Below are positions 19,311 to 29,253 of a DNA stretch of 61,529 bases, one piece after another. The translations under genes were made by a program, and so were the position numbers. The DNA is from an uncultured Gammaproteobacteria bacterium (GTDB lineage: Bacteria > Patescibacteriota > Microgenomatia > UBA8517). Below the pieces are notes generated by a model. That model made no database searches. It saw nothing but the letters and a program-made list of their open reading frames with translations, and had not been told where the DNA came from. The stretch lies in assembly GCA_964607795.1 (NCBI GenBank), contig CAZSLA010000001.1:1-61529 (forward strand), in the 5' to 3' direction. Numbering within the stretch: position 1 is the stretch's first letter; each line of letters starts with the position of its first letter.

Positions 19311-20069
19311 TTGGGGCCGATTTTTAGTATTTTATTGAGACAAATGTTTTATTATCCAGCGTTTCCAGTAGACACTTATGCTTTAGTGGGCATTGAAAAT
19401 AGCCAGCCGAAGGAAACTTTGGCAAATGAGCCTGCGGCAAATCATCGGTATTCCCGTTTACCCAAGCACAAATTAGCCTCAATTATTGCCATCTTCGGTT
19501 TGCTTTTAATCGTTGGCAGCTATGCACCCTCAATTTATTACACCGTCCAAGCCCAGGGCAGCGAATTTTGGCAGCGTTATATGCTGAACTTTGGAGAAGA
19601 TAAAATTTCCGAAATTTCCGATGTTCAGGACAATTGGCAGCCGCCTTTGGACACGAAGCTGCCTGTAGAAAACATGCTCGTTATCCCCGCAATCGGCGTG
19701 GAAAGCCAGATCCATGTGAGTAGCTATAAAGATTATGAAGAGGTTTTGAAGCAAGGTGTGTGGAGGGCGCCGGATTTTGGCACGCCCGATAAACGCGATA
19801 AGCCGACGATATTAGTAGCCCATAGATATGGGTATTTGCGCTGGAGCAATTTGTTCCGCCGCCGCAATTCTTTTTATAATCTTACGAAGTTAAAAGAAGG
19901 GGACATGGTGGAGGTTATTTGGAGGCAAAGAAAGTATGTTTATGCCGTTTATGACGAAAGTGAGGGGGAAAAGATTGAAGATTACAGCGCGGACCTGATA
20001 TTATACACTTGCCGCGATTTGACAAGTAACGTGAGAATTTTTAAATATGCAAAATTACTGCGTATTTAA
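19311..20069 (+). CDS. sortase family transpeptidase
   Basis: TM anchor, His motif ILVAHR and catalytic Cys motif LILYTCRD; start may be ATG 19344. Confidence 0.8.
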   Translation: MGPIFSILLRQMFYYPAFPVDTYALVGIENSQPKETLANEPAANHRYSRLPKHKLASIIAIFGLLLIVGSYAPSIYYTVQAQGSEFWQRYMLNFGEDKISEISDVQDNWQPPLDTKLPVENMLVIPAIGVESQIHVSSYKDYEEVLKQGVWRAPDFGTPDKRDKPTILVAHRYGYLRWSNLFRRRNSFYNLTKLKEGDMVEVIWRQRKYVYAVYDESEGEKIEDYSADLILYTCRDLTSNVRIFKYAKLLRI

Positions 20070-20209
20070 TTAATCCTATATGTTAGTGATTACAGGAGTG
20101 AATTGCTGTTTAAATACATCCTGTAGTATTGACAAATAAAATGATTGATGCTAATATACTCAAATTACCGGCACAAATTATATAGCCGGTTTTTTAAAGA
20201 GAAACATAT

Positions 20210-20479
20210 ATGAAAAACTTAATACTTAGCTTAATGATTGTCTTTAGCTTGTTTTTGGCCGTACCCGGTGCAATATTTGCCGCTGAGCAGGAAGTGTGCA
20301 CCACCTCATACGGCCAGGGCGTGGTGTGCGGCAAGAAAAGCTTTGAAGAGCCAAAAGAAATTGTGTCTGCTGGCTTGGCCGAGGATTTGCGTCTTATTGG
20401 CGCTGGTTTGATCGTGTTTGCTTCAGTTTTGTATTTAAAAAATAGAAGAGCCAATTCATTTGATGAAATTGGCGGTTAA
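20210..20479 (+). CDS. small secreted protein (89 aa) with C-terminal TM plus basic tail
   Basis: Signal peptide MKNLILSLMIVFSLFLAVPGAIFA, C-terminal LIGAGLIVFASVLYL-KNRR; no LPXTG. Confidence 0.65.
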   Translation: MKNLILSLMIVFSLFLAVPGAIFAAEQEVCTTSYGQGVVCGKKSFEEPKEIVSAGLAEDLRLIGAGLIVFASVLYLKNRRANSFDEIGG

Positions 20480-20599
20480 ATAGCTCTTTTACAAAGGCTA
20501 TACATTTTTTTATTAAACTACTTGAGGTGGACATCTGGGGACTAGCCTTAGTCCCTGGTTTTCCACTTCAAGTTGGTTTATGAGGAAAGGAGGCGTGTG

Positions 20600-20905
20600 G
20601 TGCTAGTGATTCGGCGTGCAGCTCTGGGAGTAGTAGTCGTTTTTGTAATACTTTTTCTCCTAGAGTTTCTTTTGGGCGGGGTGTTTGTTGAGCTGTCCGG
20701 CTCAGTAAACCAAGGGTTTGCTTGGGTTACGGACAACGCCAAACACGTTTTTCAATCCTTTTCACTTTACATCGCTGAAAGGCGAGATGAAGTGGAGCCC
20801 ACACCGACCGAGCCACCTGACTTTCAACAACAGGCAGAAGAGTTGTACCCGTTCGCAGCAAAAACCATCGATGAGATAGAAGCAATGGAGGAGGCTCAAA
20901 GATGA
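20600..20905 (+). CDS. hypothetical membrane protein (GC-rich island)
   Basis: AAGGAGG at 20587-20593 then GTG 20597/20600; TM helix; stop overlaps next ATG (ATGA). Confidence 0.55.
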   Translation: MLVIRRAALGVVVVFVILFLLEFLLGGVFVELSGSVNQGFAWVTDNAKHVFQSFSLYIAERRDEVEPTPTEPPDFQQQAEELYPFAAKTIDEIEAMEEAQR

Positions 20906-22089
20906 AGAAGAAAGTACTGCTCGCGCTGATCCCTGTGTTTTTGTTGGCTTTTCCTGCCTTGGCGCAGGAAGCGTACACCCATGAGGTGTATGGGTTGCGC
21001 CCCGAAGAGCTCCTGCCCATCATGGACGCAGACATGCAGATTGTACCTGACTCTGAACTGCACAATGGTGACCGTGTAGTCGTCGTGTCTGAGTCTGAAT
21101 TTGAATTCGGCGGACAATCCTTCACTTTCTTCCACATTACAAACCCGACTGAGGGCTATGTGTGGAAGGAATACGTCCGACCTCTCCAACAATTTGAGGG
21201 GGAGTGGTCGCTTGAACGTGCAGTGGAGGCAAACCAGGTCCGCGGGGCGTATTCAGCAGGACCTTGTCGCGGAGAAGGTATGGCGGAGGAAGATTGCTGG
21301 TATTTGACCGGCGTTTTTACGCTCTCCAATCCGCTGAACTGCTGGGTAACCGGCCAGCGAGTTAATCCCGATCCGACCCAGATCTGGGAGCCGTTTCGCG
21401 ATTTAGATCGCGCACCGGTCATCGGTATCCCGCCGCTTGCTCAGAACCTGGCGGCTTACGCGGTGAACCTTCGTCCATACTGCGTTGAACAAGACGCGCT
21501 TGAGGGCGAGGGAAGTCGAGAAGCTGTGCCTGAAGAGGTCATGGTTGACTTTTTTGACCTCACGGGGGGCAACGGTGAACCGCTCAAGTTGTGCGGTCCG
21601 CAGTGTTTTGAAGTTCCCATTTTGTCGCAAACGGATATGGACCAATCTGGCCCGTGGTACGTAACGAACGTTTGCGGCAACTGGACCGACGGCTATACGA
21701 CTGCCGAAGGCGCGCACCCCGACAACATCAGGCCTGACTTTGCAGAGGCAAGCGACGCAGAATTCATCTCTGTGCCGCCGCACTCCTACAAAGTGCCGGT
21801 TTGGGGTGCAACGCTGCGCTCGTGTGAGGTTTCGTACGTTTGCTCAGTGACTCCGATCTCGGGTCAGACGGTAAGCTTGCTTACCGCACCTGACGGCACT
21901 CAAAGCCGCACTGTGGCAGAGGGTGAAATCCTCGCTCTTGATGGGTACGTCAATTATGACGGATCCCGTTACTGGAGGATCACCGATGCTGTTTGGGTGC
22001 TTGAGGATGAAAGCGTAGCAGATTTCGCCTGCTATTCGCCTCTGCCTACCGGCGAAGATGAGGTTCTCGGCCATCTGGTCGTGGAATAG
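20902..22089 (+). CDS. hypothetical secreted protein (395 aa, GC-rich island)
   Basis: Signal peptide MKKKVLLALIPVFLLAFPALAQEA; Cys-rich; no motif recognised. Confidence 0.7.
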   Translation: MKKKVLLALIPVFLLAFPALAQEAYTHEVYGLRPEELLPIMDADMQIVPDSELHNGDRVVVVSESEFEFGGQSFTFFHITNPTEGYVWKEYVRPLQQFEGEWSLERAVEANQVRGAYSAGPCRGEGMAEEDCWYLTGVFTLSNPLNCWVTGQRVNPDPTQIWEPFRDLDRAPVIGIPPLAQNLAAYAVNLRPYCVEQDALEGEGSREAVPEEVMVDFFDLTGGNGEPLKLCGPQCFEVPILSQTDMDQSGPWYVTNVCGNWTDGYTTAEGAHPDNIRPDFAEASDAEFISVPPHSYKVPVWGATLRSCEVSYVCSVTPISGQTVSLLTAPDGTQSRTVAEGEILALDGYVNYDGSRYWRITDAVWVLEDESVADFACYSPLPTGEDEVLGHLVVE

Positions 22090-22208
22090 CTCGTATAGCC
22101 ATACCAACCCACGGGGTGGAGATATTGCATTCTTTTTGCATATCAACACTCTGTGGGTTGGAAGTTTTTTATTTCCTCTAAAAATAATTTGGAAAAAATA
22201 AAAAGTTT

Positions 22209-23000
22209 ATGAAAACACTAAGCATTGTCATACCCGTCTACAACGAAGAGAAACGTGTCTCTTCAAGCTTTAGGGCAGTTATAAATTTTAGAAATAACCG
22301 CCACATTTGTGTGGAAAAATTTATTTTTGTCAACGACGGAAGCACGGACAGCACCGCGGCCCTAATTCGTGGTTTTATAAAACGTTTCCAGGGGCGGCTT
22401 GCCTGTGGGGCTAAAGTCGAGCTGATTTCTTATAAACAAAACCGTGGTAGAGGGTATGCAATCAAAAAGGGTTTGAGGAAAGTGCGTACTGATTACGCCC
22501 TCTATGTTGATTCTGATTTGTCAATACCGTTATCTAATTTATCCAGGTTTTACAAAGGTATAAAACTGGGGAGTGATCTGTTGATCGGTAGTAAAAAGAA
22601 GCCGGGAAGTGTAGCCAGGCCGCAGCGCAGCCTCCTCAGACAGGTCGTGGGTTACGGACATACTTTGGTGGCAACGATGCTTTTGGGACCGTATGCGTGG
22701 GACTACCAGGGTGGTTTCAAGATGTTTTCTCAGAAATTTATCCGTGAGGTAATGCCGTTTACCAGTCAAGAACGTTGGGGGCTTGATATGGAGGTTGTTT
22801 TTTTGGCTAAAAAACTTAACTATGACTTTGACGAAGTACCGGTCGTCTGGCGTTCGGTTGACGAAGGCAGTACTGTCAAACTCGGGCGCGACATACGCCG
22901 TGCTTTGAGTGACATGTTGGCCATCAGAAAGGCGTGGTCTTACAAAACATACGCCGGTGTGGTTTCCTCATTTAATCTTCGCAAAATCTCAATACAATAA
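22209..23000 (+). CDS. family-2 glycosyltransferase (Dpm1/GtrB-like)
   Basis: LSIVIPVYNEE, VNDGSTDST, DSD motifs. Confidence 0.85.
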   Translation: MKTLSIVIPVYNEEKRVSSSFRAVINFRNNRHICVEKFIFVNDGSTDSTAALIRGFIKRFQGRLACGAKVELISYKQNRGRGYAIKKGLRKVRTDYALYVDSDLSIPLSNLSRFYKGIKLGSDLLIGSKKKPGSVARPQRSLLRQVVGYGHTLVATMLLGPYAWDYQGGFKMFSQKFIREVMPFTSQERWGLDMEVVFLAKKLNYDFDEVPVVWRSVDEGSTVKLGRDIRRALSDMLAIRKAWSYKTYAGVVSSFNLRKISIQ

Positions 23001-23020
23001 AGTTGTAGGATCCACTAAGT

Positions 23021-24283
23021 ATGAAAAAAGAAAAGGTATTGGTTATAAGTACCTATCCACCTAAGGGTAGCTTGTACGGGCATAAGTTAAGCGCGGTGGC
23101 GTCCTATGCAAAAAATACCCTGACTTCGATCAAAGATCTGGAAATTGAGTTTGTCGTGCTTGCGGATAAAAATCAAGACCCAGATAGCTATAGAGAGGGA
23201 AATGTCTGCCTCAGGCGCGTCTGGAGCACTGACGATTATTTTGTTTTATGGCGTCTGGTAAGAGAAATTCGAAAACACCAAGATGCCAAGACCATTTTTG
23301 TTGAGTTTGAATGGACAATGTTTGGAAAAAGAATGTGGTTGAGCGGGTTTTTCCCCTTATTCTTGCTTGCCTTAAATCTAATGCATAAGCATGTCATTGT
23401 GGTTACGCACGCGGTTCTTCTGGATGCGGCAGAAGTATCGGGACAAATCGGAAGTTCGTCTGGAAGCCTTAGAGTCAGACTTTTGAGTTTAGGGCTGAAG
23501 TGTCTTTACTGGACTATCGTCAGACTTAGTAAGAAGGTTGTTGTGTTTGAAGAGCATCTGAGGAGTCGGCTAATAGGGCTTGCCGGTAGAGACAAAAAGA
23601 TAGTTACTATTCCTCATGGGGTCGAAATAGTCAGGTATAAATATCCACCCTCGGTTGCAAAGCACAAACTTGGTCTGACGACTGACGAGTTTGTCGTTAT
23701 GGCTTTTGGCTTTCATGTCTGGTACAAAGGCACGGATTGGATAGCTTCGCAATTTGCAGATTTTTTTCAAGCCAATCCGGACAGTAAGCTTGTTTTGTAT
23801 TTAGTTGGTGGGCCGTCGCCGAAATATCTTGATGATTCTGTTTATCAAAATTTTCTTTCAAAAATCGACAGGGCGGCAAAATCGAGTAAAGGCAAGATTA
23901 AGGTCACGGGATTCGTAGACGAGCAGGATATAGGCTTGTATTATGCTGCCTCTGACCTTGTTGTTTTGCCATATAGAGTATTTGTCAGTTCAAGCGGCCC
24001 ACTTTCGCTTGCCTTTTCCTACGCTAAGGCATTTCTTCTTTCCCAGCCTCTGCATGATTATTTTGAAACTGATGATTTTGCACGAAGTGCCAAAGCCTCA
24101 GCAGTAAAGTGTGATGAGTGTGTCTTTTCTTTTCGTGAAGGCGAACTGCTAGACTTAATTAAGAAAGTTAAATCAGACAAGGCAAAAAGGCAAAAGCTTG
24201 AAAAGTTTTCCCGTCTCATGGCAGAAAGCCGTAGTTGGTCTAAAACTGGGCAGAAATATAGGCAAATGATTAAGTCATTATGA
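23021..24283 (+). CDS. GT-B fold glycosyltransferase (GT4/group 1-like)
   Basis: C-terminal half with VGG....KGKIKVTGFV....YYAASDLVVLPY pattern typical of group-1 glycosyltransferases. Confidence 0.75.
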   Translation: MKKEKVLVISTYPPKGSLYGHKLSAVASYAKNTLTSIKDLEIEFVVLADKNQDPDSYREGNVCLRRVWSTDDYFVLWRLVREIRKHQDAKTIFVEFEWTMFGKRMWLSGFFPLFLLALNLMHKHVIVVTHAVLLDAAEVSGQIGSSSGSLRVRLLSLGLKCLYWTIVRLSKKVVVFEEHLRSRLIGLAGRDKKIVTIPHGVEIVRYKYPPSVAKHKLGLTTDEFVVMAFGFHVWYKGTDWIASQFADFFQANPDSKLVLYLVGGPSPKYLDDSVYQNFLSKIDRAAKSSKGKIKVTGFVDEQDIGLYYAASDLVVLPYRVFVSSSGPLSLAFSYAKAFLLSQPLHDYFETDDFARSAKASAVKCDECVFSFREGELLDLIKKVKSDKAKRQKLEKFSRLMAESRSWSKTGQKYRQMIKSL

Positions 24284-25110
24284 CGCAGATATTAAATGTT
24301 ATTGCCAGGCCGTTTATTGGCTCGGGCATAAGTAAACGGATGCCCTTTGTAAAATATGTGTTTTTTCGTCTTTACCAAAAAACCGGCGGAAGCAAGAGTG
24401 AGTTTATAATTCCTTTGGGTTTGCGTTTGCTAGTTCCTCCCGATGATCTTGGGCCGGGGATGTTTTTATCGCTTAAAGGAGAATATGAGCCCTTCATGAC
24501 GTTTTTGTTTTTGAAGGCCATTAAAGAGGGTGATACGGTCTATGATGTCGGGGCACATGTGGGATATTACAGCCTATTGGCGGCAAAAAAGGTGGGGTCC
24601 AACGGATCAGTTATCAGCTTTGAGCCTCACCCCGATAATTTTTCTTATCTCAAAAAGAATATAGTTGCCAATAAGTTGTCCCCGCAAATTACGCTTATAG
24701 AGAAGGCTGTTTCACAAAAAATCGGAAAAATAAGGCTTAATTTGGGCAAAACGAGCGGCGAACATACGACTTTGGGGGAAGCTAAAAAATACATAGAAGT
24801 TTTAGCAACGACTTTAGATGAGATAAGTGTTAAACACCGAAGGTTCCCGGACACTATCAAAATCGATACCGAGGGAGCAGGGTCATTGGTTTTGAAGGGG
24901 GCTCTAAAGCTTTTGCACAACACCCAAACTAAAAATATTTTCATTGAAGTTTCGAGTGTAGATGAATTTTACGAGGTAAAAAAAACCTTACTTGAAAACG
25001 GTTTTTCTTTACATGTCATTGATGAGAGACAAAGAGAGCTAAAATCAATTAAGGAAGCCGTAAGAATGCTTGCTAGATACGGTTTTATCAATTTGTATGC
25101 AAAAAGATAA
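24280..25110 (+). CDS. FkbM-family SAM-dependent methyltransferase
   Basis: VYDVGAHVGYYSL...VISFEPHPDNF..L..N pattern. Confidence 0.8.
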   Translation: MTQILNVIARPFIGSGISKRMPFVKYVFFRLYQKTGGSKSEFIIPLGLRLLVPPDDLGPGMFLSLKGEYEPFMTFLFLKAIKEGDTVYDVGAHVGYYSLLAAKKVGSNGSVISFEPHPDNFSYLKKNIVANKLSPQITLIEKAVSQKIGKIRLNLGKTSGEHTTLGEAKKYIEVLATTLDEISVKHRRFPDTIKIDTEGAGSLVLKGALKLLHNTQTKNIFIEVSSVDEFYEVKKTLLENGFSLHVIDERQRELKSIKEAVRMLARYGFINLYAKR

Positions 25111-28100
25111 AAGGGCAATTCCGTTTTTATTGATCTTTGTAGTCTGGATGGTGGTGGTGGCAACTAATTACAAAAACATTCCCATCTTAGGCTGGGACAG
25201 TCTGGCTACTAACTTGAATATAAAACTAGGGTTTTCCCGCGCCACAAGCGGAGCTTGGCTTGAGTACTTTGGTCTGGGCACGCCATCAGGCCTGCCCATT
25301 GTCACTGATCTTTCTAGGCTAGTTTTGCTTTGGCCAGCGAGTTTTTTTGTTTCCTCATATATGCTTCGCAATTTATGGGTATTTGCTATGCTCCTTTTGG
25401 GGCCCCTTGGCGTGTATCTGCTGTTGTCGGAAATTTTCGGCAAAGAAAAGCGTAGTTCAATAGCTGCTTTGACGGGTTCTTTTTTCTATCTTTTTAACTT
25501 CGCGACGATCCAGTATTTTCATGCTCCGTTTGAAGCATTTGTAACCTTTTATGCGTTTTTGCCGTTTGGGCTTTTATTTCCTCTGTGCTTTTGTAAAGGC
25601 AAATCCCGAAGCCTTTTAAAGCTACTTTTAAGTTTAATCCTTTTCTCTACTGCTTTTTATGTCCAGACGCTGTTTGTCGTTTACCTTTTAGTGTTAATCG
25701 CGTTTTTTGTACCTTTTTTAACCCGTAAAGATAAGTTTTTAAAATTTATCAAGCTTGTTTTATTTATATTGGCGGTGAATCTATATTGGCTTCTGCCTGT
25801 GGGTTATTACACCCTGACCAGTAGCTCATTTATCACCGACTCGAAAAGTAACCAGCTCTCAACTTACGAGACCCGGCTTATGAACCAGGCGCGCGGGGGA
25901 ATGGACGATATAGTGTTTCTTCGTGGTTTTTGGGTAGACTATACGGATTTCAACGGCAAGGAGTTTGCATATCTCATGGAAACATGGCGAATGTGGACTG
26001 AAAGTGCTAGCTACCGCATTTCAATGACTACCATTTTGCTAACCTCCCTTTTGGGATTACTTGCATGTTTTTTGTCGGGCAAACGCAGAATTTCACTGGC
26101 AGTAATTGTGCTTGGTGCCAGTTCAGCCATTATGTTGAGCGCAGGCAGGGGCATTATCGGTCAAATATTTTATTATTTTGCAGACACACTACCTTTGTTT
26201 GAACAAATATTCCGCTCTCCTTTTACTAAGTGGTCGCTTATTTTGCCGCTTTCTTTTGCCATGGGAATAGGTCTTTTGCTGGTCCACCTGGGCAAAAGAA
26301 CTTCAATCGTCGTTGCCACTTTGTTGATTGCACTCTCTTTGTATCAGGTCAAGCCGGTGTTTGAAGGAAAGTTGATATATGACAAAGTATATCAAAATAT
26401 TCCAGACCAATATGAAAAATTATTTGAATTTTTTTCTCACGAACCTAAACAAACAAGAATTGCAAAATTTCCTGTCCAAACTTTTTGGGGCTGGGACTTT
26501 TATGACTGGGGTTACCGAGGCTCCGGCTTTTTGTGGTATGGCATTGAGCAGCCGATTTTAGACCGCGCCTTTGATGTGTGGAGCCGCGAAAACGAAGGCT
26601 TTTATTTTGAAATGAACCGCGCCGTTTATCAAAACGATCCGGTTCTGTTTGAACAAGTTATAGCTAAATATCAAATCAGCTACGCTCTGGTGGACGAATC
26701 GGTCATTGTTATCGGCGGGGACCAAAGCCAGCTAAATTATCAAGGCATCCACACGCTTTTACAGGAAGCTGGGGCTAAAAATGTTTTTGCTGAGGGCAAG
26801 CTTAAGGTTTATAAATTTGATACCCCACAAAAGTTTGTCCAGGCACCCTCTGGCTATTCCTTAGCAAAGTCCGTGGGCGAGTCCACAAGGGAAGACCCGA
26901 TTTATTTGCAAAACGGAGACTATGTGGCATCGGATAATGTAATTTATCCGTTTTGGGGCTTAAACAGAGAGGGCGTAAAAAATGTTAATTATGAAAACGG
27001 CTTTGATGGGGAAAAAGTGGTTTTATCCCAGGAGCTTGAAAATCTATCTGAATATGCTTTATGGATACCACCATTAAGCGAAAGTGAGCCGGTTTATTTG
27101 TCCGGAGAAGTGTTTTTGCAAGGTAGAGATTTGACGTTGAATTTTCAAAAGTTCGTTGATTTTGAGGGGGCGCCTGCCCTTGAACCCATTACAATTACTC
27201 TGGCGCGTAATTACTCTGAGCTGATTGTAGTTTTGGGCCAGACCATGGTACGCGTATCCGAGGGGCAAAAAGAAAGCTTTGCTAACGCTAGGTTTTCTTT
27301 GACCTCGGGCATGGAGGTCCAGCTTTTTGATGCCGGCAGTACCAGAAGTATTGACTTGACAGCTGGTTTTTCTTCTGCCTCTTTTAAAACTTGCTGGGAG
27401 CGCGAAGGCGGAAGCCCTGAGTTTCAGGTTGTTGAAACGCCTTTGGGCATCAGGGCTCAGATCAAAGATGCGGTTGCGTGTAACTCCACCAAGGTAGGGG
27501 ATCTCGGGCCATTAAAGCACTTTGTCCAAATAAGTCTGCCTTACCGCTCGGCCGATGGAGCACGGCCTCACTTTTGTTTGGTTAATGAAGGCGAAAGCGA
27601 GTGTCTGCACGAGGATGTTTTTTACCACACAAAGCCAAGCGCGGATTGGGGAGTTATCAGTAGAGAAGCAGTTTTGCCTGGTAGCAAGGCTTATTGGCTT
27701 GTGCTTTCCGCCAGGCCGCCCGAGGAAAAAGGCGAAAGCTGGGAGATAGAATACCAAAGACCTGAGGTTTTGGTCTATCCGCTTTTAAGTGAGGTTGTTA
27801 TCGAGCCTTCTTTATTAGTAGAGTATTTTAAACCGTTAAGTTTAAATGTCAGTGATACCAAAGCGCTGAAGCTTTCTTTTCCGGCAAATAAAAACGTGCT
27901 TGACTTTGCAGGTAGTGGCAATGAGCGTAACTGCGATGTATTTGAGCGTGGCAGCGCGTTTAAAGCAATAAAGGATAGCAAGGTGGTTTATCAAGCAAGC
28001 GGCAGGGGAGCCGTGTGCGATTATTTGCTTTCGGGCATGGATAGCGGGAGTGAATACCTAATCCGCTTCCAAGGTAAGCACCTCAAGGGCCGGTCTTTAA

Positions 28101-28642
28101 AAGCATATTTGTATGACCCGGGTTCGGGGAAAAATGATCTCGAAGTCCTGATGGATGGCCAGGAATTTGATAATACTTTTTCGGTTCTTTCTTGGCCGTG
28201 GGAAGAAGAATATGTGCTGAATCTCGAAGGACGGTCTTTTGGTCAGGAAACTTCAGAAATAGTATTAGATCTGGTTAATTTTTACCACTTTCCAGTAAGC
28301 TGGGTTTCGCGTTTTCGCTTGATTAAAAGTGAAAGCGGGATTATGGCTAATGACATTGAGGTCAAGAACCACGACAAGTTGGGGAATTATTTGTATTCAG
28401 TTGATATTGATGCAAAAAACCAAGGGTTAATCAGTTTCTCCCAAGCCCATGATCCAGGCTGGGTGGCTTGGGGTGACGGGCATGTTTTAAAACACCATGC
28501 GTTTAATTCCTGGGCAAATGCTTGGGAAGTACCTGGGGGCAGCTATACCGTTTACATCTTTTATTGGCCTCAGATTCTGGAGTATATCGGCTTTATTTGT
28601 TTGCTTTTCATCCCCATAGCTTTAGCCCTTGACAGGAATTAG
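25097..28642 (+). CDS. giant polytopic membrane protein, GT-C/AftD-like glycosyltransferase candidate
   Basis: About a dozen hydrophobic segments in the first ~430 aa, ~750-aa soluble domain, terminal TM; family call from architecture and neighbourhood only. Confidence 0.6.
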   Translation: MQKDKRAIPFLLIFVVWMVVVATNYKNIPILGWDSLATNLNIKLGFSRATSGAWLEYFGLGTPSGLPIVTDLSRLVLLWPASFFVSSYMLRNLWVFAMLLLGPLGVYLLLSEIFGKEKRSSIAALTGSFFYLFNFATIQYFHAPFEAFVTFYAFLPFGLLFPLCFCKGKSRSLLKLLLSLILFSTAFYVQTLFVVYLLVLIAFFVPFLTRKDKFLKFIKLVLFILAVNLYWLLPVGYYTLTSSSFITDSKSNQLSTYETRLMNQARGGMDDIVFLRGFWVDYTDFNGKEFAYLMETWRMWTESASYRISMTTILLTSLLGLLACFLSGKRRISLAVIVLGASSAIMLSAGRGIIGQIFYYFADTLPLFEQIFRSPFTKWSLILPLSFAMGIGLLLVHLGKRTSIVVATLLIALSLYQVKPVFEGKLIYDKVYQNIPDQYEKLFEFFSHEPKQTRIAKFPVQTFWGWDFYDWGYRGSGFLWYGIEQPILDRAFDVWSRENEGFYFEMNRAVYQNDPVLFEQVIAKYQISYALVDESVIVIGGDQSQLNYQGIHTLLQEAGAKNVFAEGKLKVYKFDTPQKFVQAPSGYSLAKSVGESTREDPIYLQNGDYVASDNVIYPFWGLNREGVKNVNYENGFDGEKVVLSQELENLSEYALWIPPLSESEPVYLSGEVFLQGRDLTLNFQKFVDFEGAPALEPITITLARNYSELIVVLGQTMVRVSEGQKESFANARFSLTSGMEVQLFDAGSTRSIDLTAGFSSASFKTCWEREGGSPEFQVVETPLGIRAQIKDAVACNSTKVGDLGPLKHFVQISLPYRSADGARPHFCLVNEGESECLHEDVFYHTKPSADWGVISREAVLPGSKAYWLVLSARPPEEKGESWEIEYQRPEVLVYPLLSEVVIEPSLLVEYFKPLSLNVSDTKALKLSFPANKNVLDFAGSGNERNCDVFERGSAFKAIKDSKVVYQASGRGAVCDYLLSGMDSGSEYLIRFQGKHLKGRSLKAYLYDPGSGKNDLEVLMDGQEFDNTFSVLSWPWEEEYVLNLEGRSFGQETSEIVLDLVNFYHFPVSWVSRFRLIKSESGIMANDIEVKNHDKLGNYLYSVDIDAKNQGLISFSQAHDPGWVAWGDGHVLKHHAFNSWANAWEVPGGSYTVYIFYWPQILEYIGFICLLFIPIALALDRN

Positions 28643-28710
28643 AACTCTTATATAATAACAAGATTTCTTCATTTAGATTAGTTTTCCTGCCGCTTATATT
28701 TTTGTAAATT

Positions 28711-29253
28711 ATGAATATTAAGTTAATGCTTGCGGCTACGGCTGGGCTATTAATCAGCTTTGTTGTGGCCACAAAAACAGTTCCCGCGCAAACCCAAACG
28801 AGCTGGGCTCAATGCCCATCCGGGGAAGAAATTGTGCGTTGCCAGACGTTTGATTGCCCCCAGGGCGACACCAATAAAGACGGAGTCTGCGACCTCAAAG
28901 ACGAAAAAGCACGCCTCACCGACGCTAGAAACGATGCTTTGTGTGCCAATCCTACATCCGGCTGTGGCCAGGTGAATTATTTTTCCTCTGGCGCAAATAA
29001 TGCTTGCAGCGTGCGCGTCAAAGAAAATGGCAATAGCTGTGACCTTTATAAAGCAGTTGATCCAAACTTTACCACACCCGTACCAACGCGAAGTCCAAGC
29101 TCTTCTCCCAAGCCTACAACTACGCCCAGGCCAACGTCTTCACCTGCGTCCAAAGGCGGGCAACTACCGGATACAGGCGCTGGAGAGTATGCCGCCTTGG
29201 CCCTCGTGTGCATGCTTGTGGGCCTTACCATTAAGCGTTTTACCTTGCCATGA
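28711..29253 (+). CDS. LPXTG cell-surface protein (sortase substrate)
   Basis: Signal peptide, Cys-rich domain, Pro/Thr/Ser linker, LPDTG + hydrophobic helix + KR tail. Confidence 0.85.
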   Translation: MNIKLMLAATAGLLISFVVATKTVPAQTQTSWAQCPSGEEIVRCQTFDCPQGDTNKDGVCDLKDEKARLTDARNDALCANPTSGCGQVNYFSSGANNACSVRVKENGNSCDLYKAVDPNFTTPVPTRSPSSSPKPTTTPRPTSSPASKGGQLPDTGAGEYAALALVCMLVGLTIKRFTLP

